A stretch of DNA of 63,712 nt from Candidatus Scalinduaceae bacterium (GCA_046759445.1 JBHICG010000012.1:1-63712); one strand, 5' to 3'; shown: positions 38,856-49,473, numbered from the stretch's first letter. Translations and numbers: made by a program. The notes: generated from the letters alone by a model not told the origin.

Positions 38856-39698
38856 ATGGACGTTATAACAAAGATTGATGAGATGAGTGCAAAAGTCATT
38901 TCAATCAAGGAGAGGAAAGAGTCTATAGGATTTGTGCCTACGATGGGGGCTCTTCATGAGGGTCACCTGAATTTGATACAAAATGCGAGGGATGAGAATA
39001 ATAGGCTCATTGTCAGCATTTTTGTGAATCCAACACAGTTTGATGAGAGTGAAGACTTCAATAGTTATCCTCGCCAGTCAGACAAGGATGTAGAAATTGC
39101 AGCAAGTGTAAATGTGGATGTTATTTTTGTGCCCAGTACAGAGGAATTGTATCCGGAGGGATTTTGTACAAATGTGGTACAAAATAAACTCACAGAAACT
39201 CTCTGCGGCAGGTCAAGGCCAGGACATTTCAGGGGTGTAACTACAATAGTAACAAAACTCTTTAATATAATCAGACCTGACAGGGTTTACTTTGGACAAA
39301 AGGACTATCAGCAAAGCGTTGTAGTCAAAAGGCTTGTCAGGGATTTGAACATGGAGATAGATGTTAAGGTTCTTCCAACAATACGCGAAAAGGACGGTCT
39401 TGCCTTTAGTTCCAGGAATAAGCGCTTAAACTCGGAAGAACGTCTCGGTGCAGTCTGTTTATACAATTCACTGCTGAAGGCAAAGACCATGGTAGCACTC
39501 AAGGAGAAAAGTACTAAGAAAATCATAGAAGAAATGGTATCCATTATTAATAGTGCAGAACACAACAAGATTGATTATGTATCCATTGTTGATCCAGATA
39601 CCCTGGACAATGTTTCGTGGATTGATGGAAAGGTTGTAGCGGTTGTGGCTGTATGGATAGGTGCTACGAGATTAATCGATAACATGATACTGGAATAA
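38856..39698 (+). CDS. panC: Pantoate--beta-alanine ligase
   Basis: GFVPTMGALHEGH, SIFVNPTQF, RPGHFRGV, FGQKDYQQ, SSRN, RLIDN. Confidence 0.97.
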   Translation: MDVITKIDEMSAKVISIKERKESIGFVPTMGALHEGHLNLIQNARDENNRLIVSIFVNPTQFDESEDFNSYPRQSDKDVEIAASVNVDVIFVPSTEELYPEGFCTNVVQNKLTETLCGRSRPGHFRGVTTIVTKLFNIIRPDRVYFGQKDYQQSVVVKRLVRDLNMEIDVKVLPTIREKDGLAFSSRNKRLNSEERLGAVCLYNSLLKAKTMVALKEKSTKKIIEEMVSIINSAEHNKIDYVSIVDPDTLDNVSWIDGKVVAVVAVWIGATRLIDNMILE

Positions 39699-39736
39699 AT
39701 CTTAAAAGTTTAAGCAGTTTTGTCTCTTCCTGGAAA

Positions 39737-40594
39737 ATGATTAGGACTCTTTTTGAAATTCCGATTCCGTTCATTGGTAAGGCAATTCCCGTTTACGCGT
39801 ACGGGTTTATGCTAATGGTTGGGTTTCTTGCTGCCGTTTACGTGGCACGGATGAGGGCGAGGGCTGAAAACATAAACCCGGAACATATAACCGATTCAGG
39901 CATATATGTTATTTTTATAGGAATATTAGGGGGTAGATTATTTTATGTCATCCAGAACTTTGATGTATATAAGGATAACCTTCTGGACATCTTAAAAATA
40001 TATCAAGGAGGGTTGGTATTTTACGGAGGTTTTATAACTGCAACTATTGCATTATTATTTATCTTGAGAATAAAGAGGCTGCCTATACTAAAAACGATTG
40101 ATATTATGGCTCTTTCCATGGCAATTGGGTTGGTCTTTGGGAGGATTGGTTGTTTTCTTAATGGATGCTGTTGGGGGGACGTATGTAACCCAGATTTATT
40201 ATGGGCTGTTACATTTCCTAAAACGGTTGATGCGTATAATATGATTGATGGTAGTCCTGCATTCTTATCTCATCTTGAAGAGGGTCTGGTTAGTGTGACA
40301 GACGGCCACTCACTTCCCGTACATCCTGCCCAGATATACTCAGCATTGGGTAATCTTGCGATATTTTTTATATTAAGTACTTTCGTTAAACATCGCAGGA
40401 GGGAGGGGGAGGTAGCAATGTTATTCTGTATTTTATATTCAGTGATGCGTTTTTGTATGGAGATTTTAAGGGCGGACAATCCACCTCTCTTTGACGGACT
40501 CACAATCTCACAAAATATTAGTGTATTAATCTTAATTATTGCTATTACGCTTTTTGTAATCAGAAGGATGAAATTGAAGGTGCAGGGGACATAA
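39737..40594 (+). CDS. lgt: Prolipoprotein diacylglyceryl transferase
   Basis: YG.M, GGRLFYV, GGLVFYGG, GRIGCFLNGCCWG, HPAQIY, RF..E..R. Confidence 0.95.
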   Translation: MIRTLFEIPIPFIGKAIPVYAYGFMLMVGFLAAVYVARMRARAENINPEHITDSGIYVIFIGILGGRLFYVIQNFDVYKDNLLDILKIYQGGLVFYGGFITATIALLFILRIKRLPILKTIDIMALSMAIGLVFGRIGCFLNGCCWGDVCNPDLLWAVTFPKTVDAYNMIDGSPAFLSHLEEGLVSVTDGHSLPVHPAQIYSALGNLAIFFILSTFVKHRRREGEVAMLFCILYSVMRFCMEILRADNPPLFDGLTISQNISVLILIIAITLFVIRRMKLKVQGT

Positions 40595-40762
40595 AGGGGA
40601 TAGGCTACTTTTAAAGGAGTGAAAAATACTAGATTAAAAAGAGTTTGTCGGCTTAATATTATTATAAGTATTTTAATATTTAGGTTGGTTCTTTTAACTT
40701 ATAAAATACCCTATTCACAAAAATACAGAATTGGTTACTACTGATGTTTTTTACCTTTCTGG

Positions 40763-41107
40763 TCAGGTCTCGACCACCCGTACCCATTCTATTACATTTT
40801 TGTTGAGAGCTATATAACCAATTTCTAAATCATGATCACTTGATTCCACTTCCTCGCAGGTGTTTAACAGGGATATGAACTGTCGTTTATCATTCACAAC
40901 GTCGCTCACACGTTTAGTACATCCATGGACAAAAATATCTCCCTTATATATTATATCACCAACCTTTAGTTTTATTTTTACAAAGCGTCCTTCTTTGACT
41001 TTGGTGTCATTGTAAACGTCCGTCATACAATAACGACATATGGCAGCATCGACCCTAATGTCTTCGGCACACATGGGGCATTGCTTGTATTTGTTACACT
41101 CTTCCAT
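40763..41107 (-). CDS. Hypothetical protein with N-terminal zinc ribbon
   Basis: CPMCAE.I...A..CRYC followed by RVSD.VN...FI.L and LNK..I motifs. Confidence 0.8.
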   Translation of the reverse strand: MEECNKYKQCPMCAEDIRVDAAICRYCMTDVYNDTKVKEGRFVKIKLKVGDIIYKGDIFVHGCTKRVSDVVNDKRQFISLLNTCEEVESSDHDLEIGYIALNKNVIEWVRVVET

Positions 41108-41198
41108 ATCAGTTCCGTTTCTGTATCAAATACCTACTCATATTTACTGGCAGTACCGGGACTAAGATTGACCGATTTAATATTATAAGGGCATTTAC

Positions 41199-41278
41199 TA
41201 CTGGGAGCACATTATAGTTTATATTTCATTCTGAACACTCAGGCTGACATCACTGTAAACTACTTTGTGCTCTCAGTA
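41199..41278. other. Long imperfect stem-loop in intergenic region
   Basis: tactgggagcacattatagttta ... taaactactttgtgctctcagta (19/23 Watson-Crick pairs) with internal ctga/tcag hairpin. Confidence 0.55.
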
Positions 41279-41313
41279 ATATAATAGCTAATACTAGTCG
41301 ATGGGGTGCAAAT

Positions 41314-42606
41314 TCACAAGATGTGAGTTACTGATAAATCCTTTCCTCCCAGTTGATACAATTTTGAGAGGTTCTTTTCATCAATAAGGATATGAAAGTG
41401 GACGCTTGATTTGGTAAATCTACGATTAATAACCTTGCTGTTTTCATAAATATAAGCCAACAATTTCCCATTGCTGATATTGCATACAAGCCTGATTTCT
41501 GTGCTGTCTTTGTTTGCAAAACTAATCATCTTTTGTTTTAGCTTCTCTATCCCCAATCCAGAAAGGGCAGAGATTGTTACTGTGTTGTCGTATTTGTTTT
41601 GGAAAAAAGTAATAGCTGACGTGTCTTTTAAGGCATCCACTTTGTTTAGAACCATAATAGACGGTTTCTTATCACACTCAAGTTCCTTGAGTACCTTATT
41701 GACGGCTTCAACCTGACCAATAACATCTGGAGAACTAATATCAACAACGTGCAACAGAAAGTCAGCCCATCTTACTTCTTCGAGGGTTGCCTGAAAGGAT
41801 GATACCAAATGGTGAGGGAGTTTTCTTATAAATCCTATAGTGTCACTCAGGGTAATTTTCTCACCATTCCCCAACTGACACAAGCTTGTCTTTGTATCAA
41901 GGGTTGCGAAGAGTTTGTCTTCAACAAGCGTATTGGTATCTGCCAATATATTCATTAATGTTGATTTGCCCGCGTTTGTGTATCCTACTAGTGAGCCAGT
42001 GATATATTCTTTCCTTGACTTTACTTGGTTTTCTCTACGCTTTTCAATCTGCCTGAGTTTCTTTCTCATAGTAATTATTCTCTTTGATACTAACCTTCTG
42101 TCCACCTCTAGTTGCTTTTCCCCGGGTCCTCTTGTTCCTATACCACCCTCAAACCTGGAAAGATGAGTCCACATCCTCTTTAAACGCGGCTTTGTATATT
42201 CCAGTTGAGCGAGTTCTACCTGTAATTTTGCCTGAGCAGTCTTAGCCCTTGTTGCAAAAATGTCGAGGATCAACTCGCTCCTGTCAATTACTTTTGTTTC
42301 GGTAACCTTCTCTAAATTGCGCACCTGTGAGGGTGTAAGGTCATCATCACAAATCACGACATCAATGTCTTTGTATTTACATAATTCAGCCAATTGATAT
42401 GCCTTTCCCTTACCTATATAAAAAGAAGGGTCACTCCTTTCCCTTTTTTGTATAACGCTTTCTAAGACCCTTGCTCCTGCCGTGCTAGCCAGATTTTTAA
42501 GCTCAACCATAGAATTTTCGCTACTACGACCGTTATGCAATATTGTATGAAGTAATATTGCACGTTCGGCTCTTACCGATAAGTTTATTCTCTTTAGTTC
42601 AACCAT
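41314..42606 (-). CDS. hflX: GTPase HflX
   Basis: LILDIFA.RA, GTRGPGEKQLE.DRR, GYTNAGKS, LFATLD, DTIGF, NKVD. Confidence 0.97.
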   Translation of the reverse strand: MVELKRINLSVRAERAILLHTILHNGRSSENSMVELKNLASTAGARVLESVIQKRERSDPSFYIGKGKAYQLAELCKYKDIDVVICDDDLTPSQVRNLEKVTETKVIDRSELILDIFATRAKTAQAKLQVELAQLEYTKPRLKRMWTHLSRFEGGIGTRGPGEKQLEVDRRLVSKRIITMRKKLRQIEKRRENQVKSRKEYITGSLVGYTNAGKSTLMNILADTNTLVEDKLFATLDTKTSLCQLGNGEKITLSDTIGFIRKLPHHLVSSFQATLEEVRWADFLLHVVDISSPDVIGQVEAVNKVLKELECDKKPSIMVLNKVDALKDTSAITFFQNKYDNTVTISALSGLGIEKLKQKMISFANKDSTEIRLVCNISNGKLLAYIYENSKVINRRFTKSSVHFHILIDEKNLSKLYQLGGKDLSVTHIL

Positions 42607-42616
42607 CCTGCAGAAA

Positions 42617-42877
42617 TTATCTTCTTCTTTTGCTGGATTTCTTCTTGGCTGCAGGCTTACTTGCTGCTGAATATAAAGACTTCATATAAGCCTTCGTCTT
42701 TTTCAGACCATGTTTTTTTGCCTGAAAACGGACAGCTTCCAAAGTTCTTCTGAGCTTCTTTGCCAGCGCATTTGTATTTTTCTTAGGATACTCCTTCTTC
42801 AGTGTACTTAGCTCTGCCTTTGTCCATACTTTAACAGCTTTCTTACTAGCTTTCTTCCTTGCCTTCTTAGCAGCCAT
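42617..42877 (-). CDS. Small very basic protein (Lys/Ala-rich tails around a Myb/HTH-like core)
   Basis: MAAKKARKKASKK, WTKAE...L...Y.......LAKKL.RT..AV..QA, AAKKKSSKRRR; AAGGAG RBS. Confidence 0.85.
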   Translation of the reverse strand: MAAKKARKKASKKAVKVWTKAELSTLKKEYPKKNTNALAKKLRRTLEAVRFQAKKHGLKKTKAYMKSLYSAASKPAAKKKSSKRRR

Positions 42878-43225
42878 TTTACTCTCCTTTTTTAAAAGTT
42901 ATAAAATTAAAATATTTCTATGCTAATTCTCTCTCCCTCCCTCCAATAATGAGTTGCTTGTATCATGAGGATTCACCATTGTCAAGTAAAAAAAGAACAA
43001 AAAAGAATAAATATTAATGTATTTTAATAGTCGTTCATGAGACGATGTTTATGTGAGGGTATTAATTTTTAATTAAGCCTGGGAGTATTAGCGTTATATT
43101 AAGATTTGTTATTATGCAATCTGTATATTTTTCTTGATTTAAAGAGTTAGCAATATAAGATTAAGTTTGTGTATTTAATTTAGCTTTGTTGAATGAAAAC
43201 TTAATTAATAGGAATAATAGAACGA

Positions 43226-43939
43226 ATGAAATCGCTGATAACATTACCAGCATACAACGAGAAAGATGATGTTAGATATATAATATCACAGATAAAGAAG
43301 TACAACCTGGACATTCTCGTGGTAGATGATGGATCTACCGATGGTACGCAAAAACAGTTATCAGGTATTGATAATATAAAAATTATTACACATAAAAATA
43401 ATCTTGGTTATGGATACACTATCATTGAAGCATTTAAATATAGTATCTCAAATGGTTACGATTGTATAATTACGATGGATTGTGATGGTCAACATATACC
43501 TGATGAAATACCAATATTTCTTGAGCAGATTAGAAACTACGATGTTGTTTCAGGCTCAAGATATCTTTTACCAAATAATAAATTGGAGGAAATAGTACCC
43601 CGGGACAGATATGACATAAACATGGAAATAACTCAGATATTAAATAAAATAACCCACTTTGATTTGACGGATTCCTTTTGTGGTTTTAAGGCGTATAAGG
43701 TTAATGCCCTGAAGAAAATGAACCTGACAGAAAATGGTTACGGTATGCCCGTACAATTGTGGATACAAGCATGGAAATTAGGTTTGCTCATTAAAGAAAT
43801 ACCCGTTAAGCTTATATACAACAAAATGTCAAGATGTTTCGGGGGAGGCTTAGATGATCCTGCGAGGAGATTACGCTATTATAAGGAAATAATTAGAAGA
43901 GAAGTGAATAAAGATATAAGTCATCAGGTAAATGTGTGA
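43226..43939 (+). CDS. Glycosyltransferase family 2 (DPM1-like)
   Basis: PAYNE, VVDDGSTD, N.GYG, MDCDGQH, GSRY, TDSFCGFK. Confidence 0.92.
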   Translation: MKSLITLPAYNEKDDVRYIISQIKKYNLDILVVDDGSTDGTQKQLSGIDNIKIITHKNNLGYGYTIIEAFKYSISNGYDCIITMDCDGQHIPDEIPIFLEQIRNYDVVSGSRYLLPNNKLEEIVPRDRYDINMEITQILNKITHFDLTDSFCGFKAYKVNALKKMNLTENGYGMPVQLWIQAWKLGLLIKEIPVKLIYNKMSRCFGGGLDDPARRLRYYKEIIRREVNKDISHQVNV

Positions 43940-43976
43940 AGCTGATACGATTAATGAATAACAATCTTTAAATAGT

Positions 43977-44636
43977 ATGATTGTACAAAATACATTATAT
44001 GAGGAAAAGCGGAAACAAATGGTACAGACTCAATTAATGTCTAGGGGCATTATAGATAAAGAAGTGCTCAGGGCTATGGGAGGAGTTCCTCGTCACAGAT
44101 TTTTACCTGTAGAACTCTGGGATAGGGGGTATGAGGATATACCTGTGCCAATTGGAGAAGAACAAACCATTTCCCAACCATATATTGTAGCCTATATGAT
44201 TCAGGCACTTTCACTCAAGAAGTATGATAAAGTACTGGAGGTAGGCACTGGTTCTGGCTACCAAACTGCTATCCTTGCGGAGATACTGGAGAAGATTTAT
44301 ACTGTTGAAGTCAGACCACAACTGGCGAAGAGGGCTATGATGATATTAAACGAATTAGGTTACGGTGACAGGGTAAAGATTCGTATTGCTGACGGGAATT
44401 TAGGCTATGGGGACGAGGCGCCCTTTAATGCCATAATAGTGACAGCGGCTACTTTTGATATACCCAAACAACTTGTTGAACAGCTTGCAGAAGAGGGGAG
44501 GATTATGATACCGATAGGTAGTACTGAACAGCAGGTATTAGTCAGGGCAACAAAAATAAAAGGCAAATTAATTGAAGAAGAACTCCTGGGATGTGTTTTC
44601 GTGCCACTTGTAAGAAATGATTACGACAAGAACTAG
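43977..44636 (+). CDS. pcm: Protein-L-isoaspartate O-methyltransferase
   Basis: VPRH.F, QTISQPY, LEVGTGSGYQ, AP...I.VTAA, FVPL. Confidence 0.95.
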   Translation: MIVQNTLYEEKRKQMVQTQLMSRGIIDKEVLRAMGGVPRHRFLPVELWDRGYEDIPVPIGEEQTISQPYIVAYMIQALSLKKYDKVLEVGTGSGYQTAILAEILEKIYTVEVRPQLAKRAMMILNELGYGDRVKIRIADGNLGYGDEAPFNAIIVTAATFDIPKQLVEQLAEEGRIMIPIGSTEQQVLVRATKIKGKLIEEELLGCVFVPLVRNDYDKN

Positions 44637-44645
44637 ATTAAGACA

Positions 44646-45782
44646 ATGAGTATACGAAACCATTTACGTTCATTATATATTCATATACCATTTTGTATGA
44701 GTAAATGTATATATTGTGATTTTAACTCAATTATAATGAAGTCAGAGTTAGTTGATGAATATATCATGGCAATCGAAAAAGAGCTTCAATCAGTAAATGG
44801 TAAATATTGCTTTAAGACTGTCTATATTGGTGGCGGAACACCCACTGTATTAAATGAAACACAATTAAATAATTTACTGAATATAGTCCTTAAACATGTT
44901 GACGGACCAGGGCTTAAAGAATATACGATCGAAGCAAATCCTGGAACTTTGAACGGTGAAAAAATACACATTCTAAAGAATAGTCACGTTAATAGAATTA
45001 GTATTGGTGTTCAGTCATTTAATGACAAGTACTTGAAGTCACTGGGGAGGATTCATACTGCAGGCGAGGCAAGGGATACATTTTTAAATTTAAGAGAAAA
45101 TGGATTCACAAATATTAACATAGACTTGATTTACGGTTGTCAAGGACAAACCTTAAATGAATGGAAAATGGATTTAACCGAATCTTTCAGATTAGATCCT
45201 GAACATGTATCTGCGTATTGTCTCTCTTATGAGCAAGGGACGCCACTTGTTGAAAAAATGGAGTCTGGAGTTTTTAGAAGGCTAAGCGAAGAAGAGGAAT
45301 TAAATATGTATGAGTGTACAAAAGATTTCCTTTGTGATAAAGGTTACATACATTATGAGATATCAAATTATGCAAAACGAGGTAAGGAGTGTCAACATAA
45401 TATAGTTTATTGGGAGAATAGAGAATACATTGGTATAGGTGCCGGAGCATTTTCTTTTGTTAATGGTGAAAGATTTTGCAAAATTAAAGACGTAAAAAAA
45501 TATATATCTGCTGTAAAATCTGGAAAAAGATTAATCAGTTTTTCTGAAAAATTGCCTCAAAAGAAGAGTGCATCGGAAATGCTTATTATGGCATTAAGGA
45601 TGACATCTGGTATTTCTAAAAAAGAGTTTTTTAATAGGTCAGGTTTTGATTTGATAGAACTTTTTGGCGAACAAATAAATGCTCTTGCACGGGCAGGATT
45701 GATATATTATGATGACGAAAGGGTAAAGTTGTCAAGAAAGGGGCTTTCCGTTGCAGATTCAGTAATGATGGAATTTGTATAA
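44646..45782 (+). CDS. hemW: Radical SAM heme chaperone HemW
   Basis: LYIHIPFC...C.YCDFN, GGGTP, EANP, YEISNYA, HNIVYW. Confidence 0.92.
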   Translation: MSIRNHLRSLYIHIPFCMSKCIYCDFNSIIMKSELVDEYIMAIEKELQSVNGKYCFKTVYIGGGTPTVLNETQLNNLLNIVLKHVDGPGLKEYTIEANPGTLNGEKIHILKNSHVNRISIGVQSFNDKYLKSLGRIHTAGEARDTFLNLRENGFTNINIDLIYGCQGQTLNEWKMDLTESFRLDPEHVSAYCLSYEQGTPLVEKMESGVFRRLSEEEELNMYECTKDFLCDKGYIHYEISNYAKRGKECQHNIVYWENREYIGIGAGAFSFVNGERFCKIKDVKKYISAVKSGKRLISFSEKLPQKKSASEMLIMALRMTSGISKKEFFNRSGFDLIELFGEQINALARAGLIYYDDERVKLSRKGLSVADSVMMEFV

Positions 45783-45815
45783 GCTTAAGGTGTATTTTGT
45801 GAAGGATTTGTTAAA

Positions 45816-46373
45816 TTGATAAATGCTACAGAGATTAGAAAGGGACTAATTATAAAGTTTGACGGAGAGCTTTTTTCGGTGTCCGACTTTCAACACGTTA
45901 CACCGGGTAAGGGACGTGCGCATATGCAGGTGAGTATGAAAAGTTTGAAACAAGGAAACGTCACTCAAAAACGTTTCAGGTCTACGGACAAAGTGGAAGA
46001 CGTATTTCTTGAACACAAGGATATGGAATATTTGTACAAGGATGGAGATAGTTATTGCTTCATGGATACAGAAAACTACGAACAAGTTCTCCTTACAAAA
46101 GAAGTTCTTGGAGATACAATGTTATATATTACACCAAACTCCAAAGTTGAAGTTTCATTCTACGAAGGAAACGCAATAGGGGTTGAACTCCCTGCCTCGG
46201 TTACATTGAAGATTATCGAAACTGATCCCGGAACAAAGGGTGATACCGTAACCAACGTATTTAAGCCTGCAAAATTAGAAACTGGTTTCACAATCAAGGT
46301 GCCACTATTTATAAACCCCGGCGAACTTGTAAAGGTAGACACACGTACAGGTCAATTCATGGGTAGGGCATAG
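45816..46373 (+). CDS. efp: Elongation factor P
   Basis: HVTPGKG, KGDT, KPA.LETG..I.VPLFI..GE...VDTR.G; TTG start. Confidence 0.97.
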   Translation: MINATEIRKGLIIKFDGELFSVSDFQHVTPGKGRAHMQVSMKSLKQGNVTQKRFRSTDKVEDVFLEHKDMEYLYKDGDSYCFMDTENYEQVLLTKEVLGDTMLYITPNSKVEVSFYEGNAIGVELPASVTLKIIETDPGTKGDTVTNVFKPAKLETGFTIKVPLFINPGELVKVDTRTGQFMGRA

Positions 46374-46426
46374 GTGCGTTACGAAGCAAACACATGGGTG
46401 CGTTATAAAGCGAACACATGGGTGCG
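46373..46426 (+). repeat. 24-bp tandem repeat x2.25
   Basis: ggtgcgttacgaagcaaacacatg / ggtgcgttataaagcgaacacatg / ggtgcg. Confidence 0.75.
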
Positions 46427-46485
46427 AAAAAAAACAGCCGTGTTAGCCCGTTAAAATACAAACGGGTAGACGGCAATTTATTTCA

Positions 46486-47475
46486 ATGAAGATAAATATT
46501 GAAGAATCAATAAAGACTTATGGTAAAAAGATAGATAATTTGCTGAGAGAAACTATCCCTCCAGATAGAGACGATTATTTAAGTGAACCCATATGGCACC
46601 ATTTGAGAACAGGTGGAAAACGCATAAGACCCGCTATATGCCTGATTACGTGTGAGGAATTGGGTGGAGATCCAGATGAAGCGTTAAGTTTTGCTCTTGC
46701 TATAGAAATTTTACACAATATGTTCTTGCTTCATGATGATATAGAAGATGGTGATACCATGAGACGTGACCAGCCAGCCGTATGGGTAAAATACGGGACT
46801 GCTAATGCGATTAATGCTGGTGACTATTTACTGGCTCGAGCATACCAAAGTATACTTACGAGTACAGTATCAACGGAAAAAAAGTTGAAACTCCTCGAGA
46901 TCTTTACATTAACATATGCGAAAACGGTGGAAGGGCAGGCGCTGGATATTAATGCAAGAGGAGTCAGGGATTTTACGATAAAAAAGTACATAGATATGGT
47001 AGAATTGAAAACAGCATATTATCTTGCTTGCGGGATGGTAGGTGGCGCTGTTGTATCAGGAAATTCTGATGGTATAATAGAAAAAATCTGGAAATTGGGC
47101 AAACACATGGGGCCTGCATTTCAAATAAAAGATGATTTAATTGATTTGACGAAAGGTAAGGGACGTGGTGGTGTTATCGGCTCTGACATAAAAGAAGGAA
47201 AGGCCAGCTATTTGTATGCATATACTTGTGAAGTAGCAAATGAAGATGACAAAAAAACCCTCATTGAAATAATGATTAAGCAAAGAGAGAAGACAACTGA
47301 GGATGACGTAAAACGTGTCATGGAGATCTATAACAAATATGATACAATTGAATATGCACAAAAGTATGCGGAAGATTTAATAGGGCAAACTTACCTTATA
47401 ATTGATGATATGCAGGTTAATAACAAGACCGTTTTTAAGGAAATCGCAAATTTCATGACTCAAAGGATGACATAG
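46486..47475 (+). CDS. Polyprenyl diphosphate synthase (GGPP/IdsA-like)
   Basis: GGKRIRP, HDDIED...RR, GQALD, KTA, FQIKDDLID, DIKEGK. Confidence 0.93.
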   Translation: MKINIEESIKTYGKKIDNLLRETIPPDRDDYLSEPIWHHLRTGGKRIRPAICLITCEELGGDPDEALSFALAIEILHNMFLLHDDIEDGDTMRRDQPAVWVKYGTANAINAGDYLLARAYQSILTSTVSTEKKLKLLEIFTLTYAKTVEGQALDINARGVRDFTIKKYIDMVELKTAYYLACGMVGGAVVSGNSDGIIEKIWKLGKHMGPAFQIKDDLIDLTKGKGRGGVIGSDIKEGKASYLYAYTCEVANEDDKKTLIEIMIKQREKTTEDDVKRVMEIYNKYDTIEYAQKYAEDLIGQTYLIIDDMQVNNKTVFKEIANFMTQRMT

Positions 47476-47543
47476 TACGGTAGAGCCACCAGCCTGACTG
47501 GAAGTCGGGTAGGCAACCGTTCGGCTGAGCTTACGCCGAAGCC

Positions 47544-47642
47544 AAGTTTGAAGTGTCTTAAGTGAACTAAAGTGCCTAAAGTTAAAAATTTGTTTTCTCA
47601 CCGCAACTTTAGCTCACTTCAAACTTTAGGCACTTTAAACTT
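47544..47642. repeat. AAAGTG/CACTTT iterated inverted element
   Basis: aagtttgaagtgtcttaagtgaactaaagtgcctaaagtt ... aactttagctcacttcaaactttaggcactttaaactt. Confidence 0.75.
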
Positions 47643-47718
47643 TTTGTAAGGACTCTAGATAATTATCACATTTTGGAAAATGTAGATTCGTTAATATCTT
47701 TTTTACAAAGGAAAATAT

Positions 47719-48453
47719 ATGAGAAATTTCTGTAAATTAACAAGTTACAATCCATTTTTTTACCTAATCCTAATAGTGTTCTTGATATATGGATGTGGCA
47801 AGGAAGAATCAACGCTCGTAACAGAGCCCTCAGAAGGAACTGTAAAAGAGGAGGAAAAAGAAAAAGCTGTATTAACTTTGCCAGATTTAGGCAGCTCAGA
47901 TGCTGAAGGATATTATAATATTGGGGTTGAGACAATAAAAAAGGGGAATTTCGATTTGGCTATCCGGGCTTGGAATAAGGCGGTAGAAATAGATCCTACT
48001 ATGGTAAAGGCGTATAATTACCTGGGGCGCGCTTATTATACAAAAGACATGATGAATGAGGCTATTTCTGCCTATAAAAAGGTTGTAGAGATCGAGCCCG
48101 GTAATCCAAACGCTTTCGTTAGTCTTGGTATCGCCTACCGTTATAATGAAATGTTTGATGAAGCGATAGTGGAATTTAATAAGGCAATAGAATTAAACCC
48201 TCTGTCGGCGCTTGCATATGATGAGATTGGCTCGGCATTACTAAAGAAGAAACAATATGATGAAGCTATAGCCGCATATAAGAATGCTGTGGCACTCGAT
48301 CCGGAATTTCCAGAACCTCACAATCACCTTGGAGTTGTTTATTTATTGAGGGGGAGGACAAAAGAAGCATCTGTTGAATATAAATTGTTTGAAGAATTAA
48401 AGGCTGCAGAAAAATTAAAACAGGCAAAATTAATGGGTGGATCATCACATTAA
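47719..48453 (+). CDS. TPR lipoprotein
   Basis: IYGC lipobox followed by about five canonical 34-aa TPRs. Confidence 0.9.
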   Translation: MRNFCKLTSYNPFFYLILIVFLIYGCGKEESTLVTEPSEGTVKEEEKEKAVLTLPDLGSSDAEGYYNIGVETIKKGNFDLAIRAWNKAVEIDPTMVKAYNYLGRAYYTKDMMNEAISAYKKVVEIEPGNPNAFVSLGIAYRYNEMFDEAIVEFNKAIELNPLSALAYDEIGSALLKKKQYDEAIAAYKNAVALDPEFPEPHNHLGVVYLLRGRTKEASVEYKLFEELKAAEKLKQAKLMGGSSH

Positions 48454-48558
48454 TGATTCAATCTAATCTCTTTATTTGATGTTTTGCGAAGGCAAATGGC
48501 AATTCTGGAAAGCCGAATTGCCGTAATGTAATAAATTAGCGATCGAAGGGGATAATTT

Positions 48559-49473
48559 ATGAATAAAAGTATTTTAATATTTGTTTTAGTTACAGCATTA
48601 ACCTTTGTGAATATTTTTGTAAGTTATGCTAATGAAGTTGATGGCCCTTATAACCAGCAAGAAGCGATTCAACCAGATGAATGTAAGCTATCAATGAAAG
48701 AAGAAGACAAGAAAATTATGGAATACATAAAGTCTATTGAGCTTAATCCAGATAATGCAGATGCACATTACAATCTTGGTCTTCTTTACGAAAAAAAAAG
48801 AAAATATAATGATGCTGTATTAGAATATACAAAAGCAATCAACATAAAGTCAGATTTAATTGAAGCACGTCTCAAATTAGCGCTTGTTTATGCAGAAATG
48901 AATATGCATAGTGAAAGTGTTTTTGAACTCAAAAGGTTATTGGAGATTGAGCCACAAAATGCAACTGCATATAAGTATATGGGCATTGCCTATTATGAGA
49001 AGGGTTTTCCTGAGAAGGCTATTTCAGAGCTTAAGAGAGCCATTGAACTTAATCCTGATGATGCAGAGATTCATTATGCATTAGAAAATGTTTATTATAG
49101 TATGGGGTTGGTTGATGATGCCAAAGAGGAACTCAGGAAGTCAATCAAACTTAATCCTGAATATAAAGAGGCTTACAACAATCTTGGGTTCATTTATTAC
49201 GAGGAAGGTAAGTTTGATGAAGCTATGAAACAATTTAAGACCGTCATTGAAATTGACTCAAAATTTGTTGAAGCATATAGTAATATGGGGATGGTATATT
49301 GCGAGAAAGGTATGTTTGATGAAGCGATACCCATACTTAAAAAAGCTATAGAAATAAATCCCACTTTCCCGGATGCTCACAGCAACCTGGGATATGCTTA
49401 CTGGAAGAAAGGCTTAAAAGATAAGGCTATGAGGGAAGTATCAATATTTAAACAGTTAACAGGAGAGAAATGA
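48559..49473 (+). CDS. Exported TPR protein
   Basis: Signal peptide (SYA) followed by about seven TPRs (AHYNLG, AYNNLG, AHSNLG). Confidence 0.9.
   Translation: MNKSILIFVLVTALTFVNIFVSYANEVDGPYNQQEAIQPDECKLSMKEEDKKIMEYIKSIELNPDNADAHYNLGLLYEKKRKYNDAVLEYTKAINIKSDLIEARLKLALVYAEMNMHSESVFELKRLLEIEPQNATAYKYMGIAYYEKGFPEKAISELKRAIELNPDDAEIHYALENVYYSMGLVDDAKEELRKSIKLNPEYKEAYNNLGFIYYEEGKFDEAMKQFKTVIEIDSKFVEAYSNMGMVYCEKGMFDEAIPILKKAIEINPTFPDAHSNLGYAYWKKGLKDKAMREVSIFKQLTGEK

Noticed and set aside
1620..46373. DHS-like protein acting as an EF-P (PGKG Lys) modifier
   Set aside because: The genes are 43 kb apart with no linkage evidence in this window
46373..46426. CRISPR mini-array
   Set aside because: Units are contiguous with no spacers and there are no cas genes; the same applies to 36499-36530 and the AAAGTG elements
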